Of a DNA stretch of 64,000 bases, positions 47,890 through 60,165 are shown piece after piece (the first letter of the stretch is position 1; each line of letters opens with the position of its first letter). This stretch comes from Macrostomum lignano (lineage: Eukaryota). The stretch is from NCBI GenBank assembly GCA_002269645.1, contig NIVC01000757.1:21036-85035 (forward strand). Reading direction: 5' to 3'. The position numbers and the translations under genes are program-made. The notes below the pieces were generated by a model, which ran no database searches, had not been told where the DNA came from, and saw only the letters and a list, made by a program, of their open reading frames with translations.

Positions 47890-49002
47890 ATGTTACTTTC
47901 AACCCTGTCAAAGGGTCTCCTTCGGCCAGGAACAGTGATAGCCGATGCCGTGGTAATGCTCCTGAGCCTGTACTTGTTCAGCCAATTTCACCAATGCTGC
48001 AATGGCGATCCCCAGCTACTGGGCAGCTCGTTGTGGGGCATTGACAGCGATTCGAAACTGATAGAGCCAACCGTCAGCGACGCTTGTTACCATAGTAACC
48101 TGCTGGATCGTCTAGCAGAGGTGACCGCAGATCAGGCTGAAGTGCGCAGACAGCTGCCAATCAAGCCGGGCTTCTACGCTACGCTGGAAACGCCAGTCGA
48201 CCTGGCCAATCTGACGTCAGAGTCGTGCGCCAAAGCTGTTGCGCCAATAACTGCCAACAGAATTTTGAATGATTCCAACTGCTTCAGGCATTTCGCCAAC
48301 TCAAGAGACATGGCCGAGGTGTACAGGCAGCTGGGCCACCTGTTCTCCAATTTCACCAGTAGGGGCTTGGAACTTTTCCTACTTGATGGTAGCTTGATCG
48401 GCTCGGTGCGGCACTTCGGCCTGGTGCCGTGGGACGACGATTTCGACTTCGGCATCAGAGTGGATCAAAAGTCGCAGGTTCGCTACCTACTCGAGGAGCT
48501 TTCTAAAAGCTCGACGTATTTATTTCTAGACACCGAGGCGCTGAACATGCACTGGAAGCTCGGGATCCGGTGCGACTTGGTGAACGGCACCAAGTCCTGC
48601 CTACTTGCTGTCGACCTGTTTCTAATCCGAAACTCCGGTCGCTGGTTTATCCGACTGGAACAGCCCAGGGTATTTTCTATTGAGGATGTCTATCCGCTCA
48701 GCTGGAGGCCTTTCGGCCCCGGTCTGCTGCTGCCCTCCCCAAGGCGGCCTCTGCGCTTTCTCAGGCGGCAGTACAAATCCGACGTGATGCGGCAGTGCCA
48801 CTATCAGCCTCACACCAGCACCGGGTGCTCGAAGCCCACCATGACGTGTCAGGCGATTCGAGCTCTTGGCCGGCATCCGTTCGTTGAGTTCGTCCGCTTG
48901 CCGGCACCCTCGACAGGCTGGCCAGGAGAGAAGAACATCACTTTGGAGCTGTTGCTATGGAAACGGTATTTGCTTTCAGTGTTTCTGCCTTACGGCGACT
49001 GA
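47890..49002 (+). CDS. LicD/fukutin-family nucleotidyltransferase-fold protein (single coding exon, ~370 aa, type II signal anchor)
   Basis: FLLDGSLIGSVRHFGLVPWDDDFDFGI is the LicD signature. N-terminal hydrophobic segment VIADAVVMLLSLYLFSQF. The ATG at 47890 follows a CTCTCTCTTCACAG acceptor at 47838. Confidence 0.8.
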   Translation: MLLSTLSKGLLRPGTVIADAVVMLLSLYLFSQFHQCCNGDPQLLGSSLWGIDSDSKLIEPTVSDACYHSNLLDRLAEVTADQAEVRRQLPIKPGFYATLETPVDLANLTSESCAKAVAPITANRILNDSNCFRHFANSRDMAEVYRQLGHLFSNFTSRGLELFLLDGSLIGSVRHFGLVPWDDDFDFGIRVDQKSQVRYLLEELSKSSTYLFLDTEALNMHWKLGIRCDLVNGTKSCLLAVDLFLIRNSGRWFIRLEQPRVFSIEDVYPLSWRPFGPGLLLPSPRRPLRFLRRQYKSDVMRQCHYQPHTSTGCSKPTMTCQAIRALGRHPFVEFVRLPAPSTGWPGEKNITLELLLWKRYLLSVFLPYGD

Positions 49003-49482
49003 TGCGGGCTTTGAGGAGTTTTGCGTTTGGCAAATTCTTCAGGTTTATTTCAAATAATTTGCTATAAATTTGTAATTAAATTGCTTTTCCTTGACGACTT
49101 TTGATGCTGTTATTTTCTGTTTCTTTCTGTTTTTTTTCTTTTTATTTGTTTCTTCAGCTGAATCAGTTTTGTCTTGCACTCCTAGTTGTACAAGTTTCCT
49201 TGTTTCCAGTGCACTTTTAACAGACAGCATGTTTTCCTTGAAAAAGTACTTTATTTCATTCATGTACTCCTATTGCAATTGAAACTGGCTTTGAAATGTT
49301 GCAAAATACTTCACTCTGCTCCTATGGCGACAATGTTTAGTATTTAATAAACATAATCTGCAAGCCTAGCTTAATTGTGTAGAATAATAATAATTATTAT
49401 CCTTTTCTAATATCTCAGCATCAAACAAAGCCAGAATTTTTCATTTGAAGGCAGAGTTTTACCACTTTATTTTACTTTTAGT

Positions 49483-50358
49483 GAGACAGGGGCGCCCGCC
49501 AAGAGACAGGGGCGCCCACCAAGAGACAGGGGCGCCCATCAAGAGACAGGGGCGCCCACCAAGAGACAGGGGCGCCCATCAAGAGACAGTGGCGCCCTCC
49601 AAGAGACAGGGGTGCCCATCAAGAGACAGGGGCGCCCACCAAAAGACAGGGGCGCCCACCAAGAGACGGGGGCACCCACCAAGAGACAGGGGCGCCCATC
49701 AAGAGGCAGGGGCGCCCACCAAGAGACAGGGGCGCCCATCAAGAGGCAGGGGCGCCCACCAAGAGACAGGGGCGCCCACCAAGAGACAGGGGCGCCCACC
49801 AAGAGACAGGGGCGCTCACCAAGAGACAGGGGCGCCCATCAAGAGACAGGGGCGCCCACCAAGAGACAGGGGCGCCCATCAAGAGACAGGGGCGCCCACC
49901 AAGAGACAGGGTCGCCCACCAAGAGTCAGGAGCGCCCACCAAGAGACAGGGGCGCCCACCAAGAGACAGGGGCGCCCATCAAGAGACAGGGGCGCCCATC
50001 AAGAGACAGGGGCGCCCATCAAGAGACAGGGGCGCCCACCAAGAGACAGGGGCGCCCACCAAGAGACAGGGGCGCCCATCAAGAGACAGGGGCGCCCACC
50101 AAGAGACAGGGGCGCCTACCTAGAGACAGGGTCGCCCACCAAGAGTCAGGAGCGCCCACCAAGAGACAGGGGCGCCCACCAAGAGACAGGGGCGCCCATC
50201 AAGAGACAGGGGCGCCCATCAAGAGACAGGGGCGCCCATCAAGAGACAGGGGCGCCCACCAAGAGACAGTGGCGCCCACCAAGAGACAGGGGCGCCCATC
50301 AAGAGACAGGGGCGCCCACCAAGAGACAGGGGCGCCTACCTAGAGGCAGGGCGCCCAC
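49483..50358. repeat. 20-bp minisatellite AAGAGACAGGGGCGCCCA(C/T)C, about 43 units
   Basis: Head-to-tail units without spacers. Confidence 0.97.
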
Positions 50359-50429
50359 TAAGATTATTATTCTTTTAGTATCAGGTTTTCTACTAGTATT
50401 GTATTTTGCACTGCAATCTAAGTGAGACA

Positions 50430-51056
50430 TAGGCAAGTTAGGTGTTTTCCGGTCCATAGGTTGTCGGCAGTCCTGTCAGTGAATAAAATTCTGCCGCGCC
50501 TGGCTTCCATCACATTTCGGGCATTCACCAGCAAGCCAGCAAGCCCTAATGTACGTCTCTGGTAGCCATTTTCAGAGCAATCATCATGATGCTCAACGTC
50601 CCGTGCTGCTGTGGGTTCAGAAATGACCCAGCTTTTGAGGCAGTTCTGTTGTAGCCGGATGTGACGTACGGAGTTCGCTGCACAATATGATCAATCGTCC
50701 AGCGTCCATGCAGCTTTTGTGAGCCGGCCTTCTGTCAGCCACGAGTTATTTCATGCATGTGGCCGGTTCCACTGTACTTGTTCCATATCCTGTAAGCAAT
50801 GACACTCCTATCAACCTAAGAGTAAAATTTATCCCTTGAAATCTTAACTAGGAGTTGGGAGCTAGAAATGTAAGTCGCTCCTTCTTTATATCCTTCTAGG
50901 ACACGCGCTCCTAAAATCTACTCTTGAAAACAGCAACTCCTAGCTCCAACTCCCCACTCCTTATTCAATAGCACGCGACAAACCTTAATCTAGAAGCTAG
51001 GAGTTAGGACGCTCTTAAGGATTTAGGAGTTAAGAGTATTCTTTAGCACGGGACCC
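50430..51056. mobile_element. Possible PIF/Harbinger-type remnant with one terminal end
   Basis: The right end reads TTTAGCACGGGACCC after dispersed CTCCTA/TAGGAG motifs, reminiscent of Harbinger termini. The partner end was not found. Confidence 0.25.
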
Positions 51057-51562
51057 ATGCGCTGAAGTCATTTCCCACGAGGGAAACTTTAGTTAAAAAA
51101 GAGTCTGTCACTTTGCCATAGACCGTACGGTTTTGACCATAGACATGCGTATCTACTCGGTACCCGGTATTTCAGATTGCTGGAAAGAAGTGTCTCCCTT
51201 AGCTCGCGAAAACCCTATACTACGCCTAACTTTGGCGTAAGTGTTCTTGCTCGGGCTTGTCACGATCTGGCCGAGTGCAAAGTGCGATTGCAAACAGCGC
51301 GTCAAGCAACGCGTGTCATTTTGACCGACCCTCCCCGCTTGTAGAGCCGCTAGAGCTGCTCTTTATCGATTGTTATTTTTTTATCTATCTGAGATTCGAG
51401 CCCGACCTCTGATACACGCGGCCTCACCCATTGGTCAAATAGGTAGCTAGATTTTGTACCGTTTGCAAAGTGAAACATAAAACAACGTTGTGTTTGAGCT
51501 TTTCCGCTTCTTCTCTCTTTAGACTGGGAATTGTTTCGGCTAGAAGCCACCATTGAGAAACA

Positions 51563-54500
51563 ATGACCACCAGCGGCTTTCTAGGAATCCCGGAGGAGTA
51601 CCTCTGGATTGTGGTGCTGGGGTTTATCATCGCTTTCGTACTAGCCTTCGGCATCGGGGCGAACGACGTTGCTAACAGTTTTGGTACGTCGGTCGGCTCC
51701 AAGGTGCTGACGTTGAAGCAGGCTTGCATTCTGGCAACAATATTTGAGACAGCCGGTGCCGTCCTACTCGGTGCGAAAGTGTCCGAGACAATTCGAAAAG
51801 GCATCATAGACACCGACTATTACGTTGAATTGAATAATAATGGGACTAGTACAACCGGATCTCAGCTGCTCATGATAGGCCAGCTGTCCAGCCTCTCTGG
51901 CACCTGCATCTGGCTGCTGGTTGCTACGTTCTTTCGTGTGCCCGTGTCCGGCACTCACTCCATTGTTGGCGCCACCGTGGGCTTCGCTCTTGTGGCCAAC
52001 GCGCAGACAGGAGTGGACTGGGCCCGGTTGGGCCTCATCGGTAAGTGGTGACAGCTTCCAATTGGGAGATGCTGCAGCTAGTTGCTTTGTCTCAGGGTGG
52101 GAGATTCTTGGGTCAGGATAGGCAATTCTTGGATCAGGATAGGCGATTCTTGGGTCAGGAAGGGAGATTCTTGGGTCAGGATAGGCGATTCTTGGGTCAG
52201 GATAGGCAATTCTTGGGTCAGGATGAGAGATTCTTGGGTCAGGATACGCAATTCTTGGGTCAGGATGGGCAATTCTTGGATCAGGATGAGAGATTCTTGG
52301 GTCAGGATAGGCAATTCTTGGGTCAGGATGAGAGATTCTTGGGTCAGGATGAGAGATTCTTGGGTCAGGATGAGAGATTCTTGGGTCAGGACAGGCAATT
52401 CTCGGGTCAGGATAGGCAATTCTTGGGTCAGGATGAGAGATTCTTGGGTCAGGACAGGCAATTCTCGGGTCAGGATAGGCAATTCTTGGGTCAGGAAGGG
52501 AGATTCTTGGGTCAGGATAGGCGATTCTTGGGTCAGGATAGGCAATTCTTGGGTCAGGATGAGAGATTCTTGGGTCAGGATAGGCAATTCTTGGGTCAGG
52601 ATGAGAGATTCTTGGGTCAGGATAGGCAATTCTTGGGTCAGGATGGGCAATTCTTGGGTCAGGATAGGCAATTCTTGGGTCAGGATTGGCAATTCTTGGG
52701 TCAGGATGAGAGATTCTTGGGTCAGGATAGGCAATTCTTGGGTCAGGATGAGAGATTCTTGGGTCAGGATGAGAGATTCTTGGGTCAGGATGAGAGATTC
52801 TTGGGTCAGGATGAGAGATTCTTGGGTCAGGACAGGCAATTCTCGGGTCAGGATAGGCAATTCTTGGGTCAGGATGAGAGATTCTTGGGTCAAGATGAGA
52901 GATTCTTGGGTCAGGACAGGCAATTCTCGGGTCAGGATAGGCAATTCTTGGATCAGGATGAGAGATTCTTGGGTCAGGATGAGAGATTCTTGGGTCAGGA
53001 TGAGAGATTCTTGGGTCAGGATGAGAGATTCTTGGGTCAGGACAGGCAATTCTCGGGTCAGGATAGGCAATTCTTGGATCAGGATGAGAGATTCTTGGGT
53101 CAGGATAGGCAATTCTTGGGTCAGGATAGGCAATCCTTAAATCACGATAGGAGATGACAGCTTGACAGGAGAACTGACACTTCAATGGCATTCCTTTATC
53201 AGTTTGAAGAATACCCTTGCACGGTTTTAGAGCTTGTATCTAAGCGCAGTCTGATTCAAGCTGTATTCAAACCAGGCTTATCTCATTTCAGCAGCGCACC
53301 CCCCCCCCACCCACTTATTCGTTCGTCATGCAGTTTGGAAAAAGTTTAATTCAACAGTTGAAAACTCAATTTCGAATTGTGCATGTCGGACCAAGCGGTC
53401 TGGAAAATCGCAGGGCTACAGGGTGTTTTGTACCATCTGCAATTTTGGAGCCATGGAGTTCTGAATCAGATTATCTGGTCGGGGGAAGCTGGTTTCTAAT
53501 AAACGCTTAGGTCTTTGCTAGTCAGACTTATTTTAAATTTTTCTCGTATAGCTCTCTGTGCTCTCAAATAGCTCAAATTTCAGCGGATCTTATCGTTTTA
53601 CAGCTTAAAACTTTTTTGTTAGCCAATTGTGTAAGAATTTTAGTTATAGCCAAGTTTTATTATTTTTAGGTAATCATATTGACTTATCCGATTTTCAGTG
53701 GCCTCCTGGTTCATTTCGCCCCTGCTGAGTGGCGGAATTTCCATAGCCCTGTTCTACTTTATTAAAGTCTTCATCCTAACAAAGGTGATTATAAAGCTTT
53801 ATAAATGTATTTTTTATTTGTCTAACTAATAACTCAGCATTGCTCACTCATGAAAATTTTTAAAATATGCTGAGCGGATATGTCTATAGAAGCACCTGCC
53901 CACCCACCTACCTACCTGACCTGACCTGACCTGACCTGACCTACCTACCTACCTACCTACCTACATACCTACCCTCCTACCTAACTACCTATACTGTTTA
54001 CCTACCTGACCTGGCCTACCTACCTAAAATGTTGCAGCCTAGTGGTTAGAGCGTCGGACTCACGACTTGAAGGTCGGGGGTTCGATTCCCGATCCCACTA
54101 GAACAATTAGTGTCCTTGAGCAAGACACTTAATTCTGCATTGCTTCAGTTCACCCAGCTGTAAAATGGGTGCCAGCATTAGCTGGGGTAATTGAGGGTGT
54201 GTGGCGACCCCCCAGTCCTTGGACTGAACAGCCGTACGCAGCCTTCAGATGCGCCGCGCAATAGCTGCGGCTGAGCTGTCGGTTGCAAATCCCATTAAGG
54301 CAGGTGTAATCAATTATTTTCATTACCTACATGTACCTACCTACCTACCTATCTAACTATTTAACTACCCAACTACCTACCTACTATCTATCCTAATTTT
54401 TTTACCAAACCTATTTCCTACCTATCCACCCCACTCGCAGCCAGATGCACTGGAACCTGGACTCCGATTCCTGCCACTAATCTACAGTGTCACCATCGCT

Positions 54501-54858
54501 ATCAACGTATTCTCAACCGTGTACGAAGGACCTGAGAGTGAGTTATTAACATTCTGCTTCTGAACTTCATTAGTGCCAAAGAATAGTCCGAGAAAAACTT
54601 CTGAAACAATTATTAAAAACCCCAGGCCTCTACTTCCACGTGATCCCATTGTGGGGAGCCATCTTAGCCTCGTTTGGCGTTGGAATCATCTGCTCGATTC
54701 TGGTGAAACTGGTCCTCATTCCATGGCAGCGGAAACGAATTATTGGTGAGTATAGTATGTACTAACTAGTTATCAGACTATCTAGCTTGGTAACTATAGC
54801 TGTCTACCTAATTATCTTAGTAACTAACTGACTGACTGAATAACTAGCTAACTAACTC

Positions 54859-54897
<39 letters not shown>

Positions 54898-55305
54898 GAC
54901 AAACAAACAAACAAACAAACAAACAAACAAACAAACATATATATATATATATATTACATATAACTGATTACACCTGCCCTAATGTCCAGATGTGCAACCG
55001 ACAGCTCAGCCGCAGCTATTGCGCGGCGCATCTGAAGGCTGCGTACGGCTGTTCAGTCCAAGTACTGGGGGGTCGCCACACACCCCCTCAATTACCCCAG
55101 CTAATGCTGGCACCCATTTTACAGCTGGGTGAACTGAAGCAATGCAGAATTAAGTGTCTTGCTTAAGGACACAAATTATTCCAGTGGGATTCGGGAATCG
55201 AACCCCCGACCTTCAAGTCGTGAGTCCGACGCTCTAACCACTAGGCTACAACCCCCTTAACTAACTAACTAACTAACTGACTGACTAACTAACTAACTAA
55301 CTAAA

Positions 55306-55347
<42 letters not shown>

Positions 55348-55391
55348 GCTAACGAACCAACTGACTAACTAACTAACTAACTAACTAACTT

Positions 55392-55427
<36 letters not shown>

Positions 55428-55443
55428 GCTAACGAACCAACTG

Positions 55444-55540
<97 letters not shown>

Positions 55541-57670
55541 AACACTCAAATATATTCCCTAACGTTTTCTCAGCCGAGCTCCGCGACAATCCGCCAGAAG
55601 AGTCCGTGGCTGATGCGCCTTCTGAAGCCGGCTCGTCTGTCGCGTTGAGCAGCCATTCGGATTCCACGACTCAGCAGCGCAAGGCAAAGTACAAGGTATA
55701 TTGAATTGGTTTGAATGTAATGGAAGGTGTTTCTGTTAAAAATAAGAAAAAAAACTTTTAGTCAGCCCCTGATTTTTAATGTTGACGTATCCTACAGTCT
55801 ATTAAGAGGTAGAGTGCTGTTTTGCATTGGTTTCATCAGTTAGTGCGTGATTGCTAGATAGTGACGTCACATGATCAGATGGTGACGTCATCTAAAAGGA
55901 CAATGGCGTCACTTATTTATATAGTGGATTAACTCAATTAAATAGTGAAATCGCCACGAAGAGACTGTGGCGTCACCCAACCAGATCATGATGCCACTTT
56001 GACAGTGGCGTCACCCAATTAGACTATGACGTCACTTAGACATTGGCGGCACCCAAATCAGACTATGACGTCACTTTGACAGCGGCGTCACCCAATTAGA
56101 CTATGACGTCACTTGACTTAGACTATGACGCCACGATTAAAAAGGAACCATCTACCAGTTGTTAAATCAGCATAGCAACTAGAAAAACGGCAACAACCGC
56201 CCGCAGCCGATTGAGAGCGCCGAAGACGAGGAGCCAATCCAGTCCGAGCAGCAGCAAGGCGCCAAAGGGGCAAAGCTGATAATAAAAGCAAGAAGGCGAT
56301 CGTTGACCGACCCGAGCAGGCTAGAATTTTTGCTTGGCTGCAAATTTTGACGGCAATTTTTGGAGCCTTTGCTCACGGCGGCAACGACGTTAGCAACGCT
56401 ATCGGACCTCTGATCGGCCTGTGGGTTGTGGCCACCACAGGGGATATCGCCGGGAAGGTCGCCTCCCCGATTTGGATATTGGTCTACGGCGGTTTCGGCA
56501 TCAGCATCGGCTTGTGGATCTGGGGCAGGCGGGTGATCCAGACGCTGGGCGAGGATCTGACCACCATCACACCGTCTAGGTGAGTTCGGTGTGGAGTCTG
56601 GAGTGAGCTCCATCTCATTGTCTATCCTAGTGTCTACTCTATTATCTACACTATACCATTATACATTCCGTCGTCCACATATACCATCCTGTCTACTCAA
56701 TCCTCTATCTAAGTCTCTACTTAATCGTCTAACCAACTGTCTACTCAATCCTCTACCCAACTGTCTTCTCAATCCTCTACCCAACTGTCTACTCAATCCT
56801 TTACCCAACTGTCTACTCAATCCTCTACCCAACTGTCTACTCAATCCTCTACCCAACTGTCTTCTCAATCCTCTACCGATCTGTCTACTCAATCCTTTAC
56901 CCAACTGTCTACTCAATCCTCTACCCAACTGTCTACTCAATCCTCTACTTAACTATCTACTCAATCCTCTACCCAACTCTCTACTCAATCCTCTACCCAA
57001 CTATCTACTTGTAGTCTGGCTTGTTGGTGCGCGTGCACTTAGATGTGCACGTCTGGCTGGTTTGGGGGTTGGGGTTTAGCGCTGCGGCGTGTGCGTGCTG
57101 AGGGTGGTTACACCCACCCCAGCTTTGGCATTAAATATATTGGCGCGAGCCAGTGAGGCCTCCTCACGTTTTGTTATTCACTGCAATTCAACCCACGGTC
57201 TTACATACTCAATCCTCTACCCAACTATCTACCCAATCGCCAGATATCTATACAGTACTCTCTATTGTCCAGCTGTCTACCCCATGGTCTACCAAAAAAA
57301 GCCTACATTATTCTTTTGTCATTCATTGTGTCATCTATTCTAGCTACTAAACTATGTCGTCTGCTTTCTATACATACATCCTGTATACATTGCCAAAAGC
57401 CAAGTCCCAGTCTCCCCACCCCATTCCAGCGGATTCTGCATCGAGCTCGGGGCAGCCATGGCCGTGCTGATTGCGTCAAACATCGGAATTCCAATCAGCA
57501 CAACTCACTGCAAAGTTGGCAGCGTAGTCTTAGTCGGCTTCTTTCGCAGCCGTGACAATGTCGAATGGTCGATATTTCGCAATATCATTATCGCCTGGCT
57601 GGTCACTCTGCCCGCCAGCGGTGCCATCAGTGCGGCCCTGATGGCGGGCCTGAGCAGGCTGGTGCTGTGA
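51563..57670 (+). CDS. SLC20A: SLC20/PiT sodium-phosphate symporter; exons 51563-52040, 53699-53784, 54441-54537, 54626-54745, 55574-55695, ~56207-56579, 57430-57670 (apparent 1-bp deletion near 56267-56270)
   Basis: PiT signatures [88 protein letters not shown]. Intron phases 1,0,1,1,0,2 are compatible. The exon 6 acceptor is uncertain. Confidence 0.9.
52098..53135. repeat. 21-bp minisatellite (GAGAGATTCTTGGGTCAGGAT / AGGCAATTCTTGGGTCAGGAT) in SLC20 intron 1
   Basis: About 49 tandem units of two or three interspersed variant types. Confidence 0.97.
53895..54425. repeat. (CCTA)n/(CCTGA)n microsatellite in SLC20 intron 2, split by a SINE
   Basis: The run is visible on both sides of the SINE at 54031-54322. 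Confidence 0.85.
54031..54322 (+). mobile_element. CORE-type SINE family B, copy 4
   Basis: Full tRNA-like head, CORE-like block and 3' part. Confidence 0.9.
54810..55540. repeat. (CTAA)n/(CAAA)n/(TA)n microsatellite in SLC20 intron 4, split by a SINE
   Basis: Runs visible at 54810-54955 and 55257-55540. Confidence 0.9.
54960..55256 (-). mobile_element. CORE-type SINE family B, copy 5
   Basis: The reverse complement is closely similar to 54031-54322. Confidence 0.9.
55860..56135. repeat. Degenerate TGACGTCA-rich tandem repeat in SLC20 intron 5
   Basis: ~40-bp units GACAGTGGCGTCACCCAATTAGACTATGACGTCACTT; five perfect TGACGTCA sites. Confidence 0.7.
56690..57005. repeat. 24-bp minisatellite (CTGTCTACTCAATCCTCTACCCAA) in SLC20 intron 6
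   Basis: Tandem units visible directly. Confidence 0.95.
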
Positions 57671-57779
57671 AGGTGCTCCAAAATCAGCGCGGTCTGCGGC
57701 CTCCCTGCGAGATTACCTGCGGAACGAAACATTTGCGACAAAAGCAGTTTGTCCTGTAGTTTTGAAGTTTTCACAGGAG

Positions 57780-59035
57780 ATTTTCAAGTTTTGACTGGAG
57801 ATTTTGGGAGTATTGGCTTTAGATTTGGCAGTTTCTACCGCAATTTAGTGAGTTTTGACTGTAGATTTGGGAGTTTTGACTGTAGATTTGGGAGTTTTGG
57901 CTGTAGATTTGTGAGTTTCTACCGCAATTTAATGAGTTTTGACTGTAGATTTGGGAGTTTTGACTGTAGATTTGGGAGTTTTGGCTGTAGATTTGTGAGT
58001 TTCTACCGCAATTTAATGAGTTTTGACTGTAGATTTGGGAGTTTTGGCTGTAGATTTGGCAGTTTCTACCGCAATTTAGTGAGTTTTGACTGTAGATTTG
58101 GGAGTTTTGACTGTAGATTTGGGAGTTTTGGCTGTAGATTTGTGAGTTTCTACCGCAATTTAATGAGTTTTGACTGTAGATTTGGGAGTTTTGGCTGTAG
58201 ATTTGGCAGTTTCTACCGCAATTTAGTGAGTTTTGACTGTAGATTTGGGAGTTTTGGCTTTAGATTTGGCAGTTTCTACCACAATTTTGAGAGTTTTGAC
58301 TGTAGATTTAAAAGTTTAGACTGTAGATTTGGGAGTTTTGACTGTAGATTTGTGAGTTTTGGCTGTAGATTTGGCAGTTTCTACCGCAATTTAGTGAGTT
58401 TTGACTGTAGATTTGGGAGTTTTGACTGTAGATTTGGGAGTTTTGGCTGTAGATTTGTGAGTTTCTACCGCAATTTAATGAGTTTTGACTGTAGATTTGG
58501 GAGTTTTGACTGTAGATTTGGGAGTTTTGGCTGTAGATTTGTGAGTTTCTACCGCAATTTAATGAGTTTTGACTGTAGATTTGGGAGTTTTGGCTGTAGA
58601 TTTGGCAGTTTCTACCGCAATTTAGTGAGTTTTGACTGTAGATTTGGGAGTTTTGACTGTAGATTTGGGAGTTTTGGCTGTAGATTTGTGAGTTTCTACC
58701 GCAATTTAATGAGTTTTGACTGTAGATTTGGGAGTTTTGGCTGTAGATTTGGCAGTTTCTACCGCAATTTAGTGAGTTTTGACTGTAGATTTGGGAGTTT
58801 TGGCTTTAGATTTGGCAGTTTCTACCGCAATTTAGTGAGTTTTGACTGTATATTTGGAAGTTTTGGCTTTAGATTTGGCAGTTTCTACCACAATTTTGAG
58901 AGTTTTGACTGTAGATTTAAAAGTTTAGACTGTAGATTTGGGAGTTTTGACTGTAGATTTGTGAGTTTTGACTGTAGATTTGTGAGTTTTGACTCTAGAT
59001 AGATTTGGTAGTTTTGACTGTAGATTTAGGAGTTT
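57780..59035. repeat. 21/42-bp minisatellite with higher-order structure (TGTAGATTTGGGAGTTTTGAC variants) 3' of SLC20
   Basis: Tandem units; diagnostic variant blocks recur at ~58257 and ~58865. Confidence 0.95.
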
Positions 59036-59404
59036 TAATGACATATTTCAAGGTATCCATAAGCCAGTCATAAAATTATTCAGGTTATATGCAGCGGGTC
59101 CATAATTTAGCTTGCAGCACCCGCAAATGACAGTACGGGAACAAACAGGAAATCGTCTTTTAACGTGTGAGCAGGCTTGCTTGAAGGAATTTACGAGTGA
59201 GGTTACAACTACAATCCCTTTTGTACCAATTTTCAACCTAAAATTAGCTCCGGCAGTATCGATCCATTGCTAAATATATTGGCATTCTGCGCACGGAATA
59301 AAGAGCAACATTTTGTACATTGCGCTTGATTGTGAACAATAATAGAATCTGCTTTTCTGCTCTTGCTACTTTTTCTGGACTAATATTGACGTTCACAAAT
59401 ACTC

Positions 59405-59511
59405 CTGTCTGCCTGTCTGTCTGTCTGTCTGCCTGTCTGTCTGTCTTTCTGTCTGTCTGTCTGTTTGTTTGTTTGTCTGTCTGTCTGCTTGTCTGTTTTT
59501 TTGTCTGTCTT

Positions 59512-59568
<57 letters not shown>

Positions 59569-59615
59569 TTGTTTGTTTGTCTGTCTGTCTGCTTGTCTGT
59601 TTTTTTGTCTGTCTT

Positions 59616-59682
<67 letters not shown>

Positions 59683-59909
59683 TTCTGTCTGTCTGTCTGT
59701 CTGTCTGCCTGTTTGTTTGTTTGTCTGTCTGTCTGCTTGTCTGTTTTTCTGTCTGTCTGTCTGTCTGTCTTTCTTTCTGTCTGTCTGTCTGTCTGTGTGT
59801 CTGCTGTCTGTCTGTGTGTGTGTCTGTCTGTCTGTCTTCTGTCTGTCTGTCTGTCTGTCTGTCTGCCTGTTTGTTTGTTTGTTTGTCTGTCTGTCTGCTT
59901 GTCTGTTTT

Positions 59910-59958
<49 letters not shown>

Positions 59959-59991
59959 GTGTCTGTCTGTCTGTCTGTCTGTGTGTCTGTG

Positions 59992-60036
<45 letters not shown>

Positions 60037-60165
60037 GTCTGTCTGTGTGTCTGTCTGTGTGTCTGTCTGTGTGTCTGTCTGTCTGTCTGTCTGTCTGTCT
60101 GCCTGTGTGTCTGTCTGTGTGTCTCTGTCTGTGTGTCTGTGTATCTGTCTGCTGTCTGTCAGCCG
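59405..60165. repeat. Compound (CTGT)n microsatellite
   Basis: Tetramer run with TTGT, CTTT and GT interruptions. Confidence 0.97.

Noticed and set aside
10191-49002. Bacterial horizontal transfer as the origin of the intronless genes
   Set aside because: The proteins have eukaryotic signal peptides, many N-glycosylation sequons and animal-type DBH/temptin motifs; TATA boxes precede copies 1 and 2 and an AATAAA follows copy 3. Nothing in the sequence points to bacteria; a phylogeny would be needed to reopen this.
49445-50425. 326-aa repetitive ORF, or a CRISPR-like array
   Set aside because: A 20-bp head-to-tail minisatellite with no unique spacers and no cas genes, in a eukaryotic genome.
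51764-53191. Four 350-475 aa repeat ORFs
   Set aside because: All come from the stop-poor 21-bp minisatellite inside SLC20 intron 1, which is bounded by canonical splice sites.
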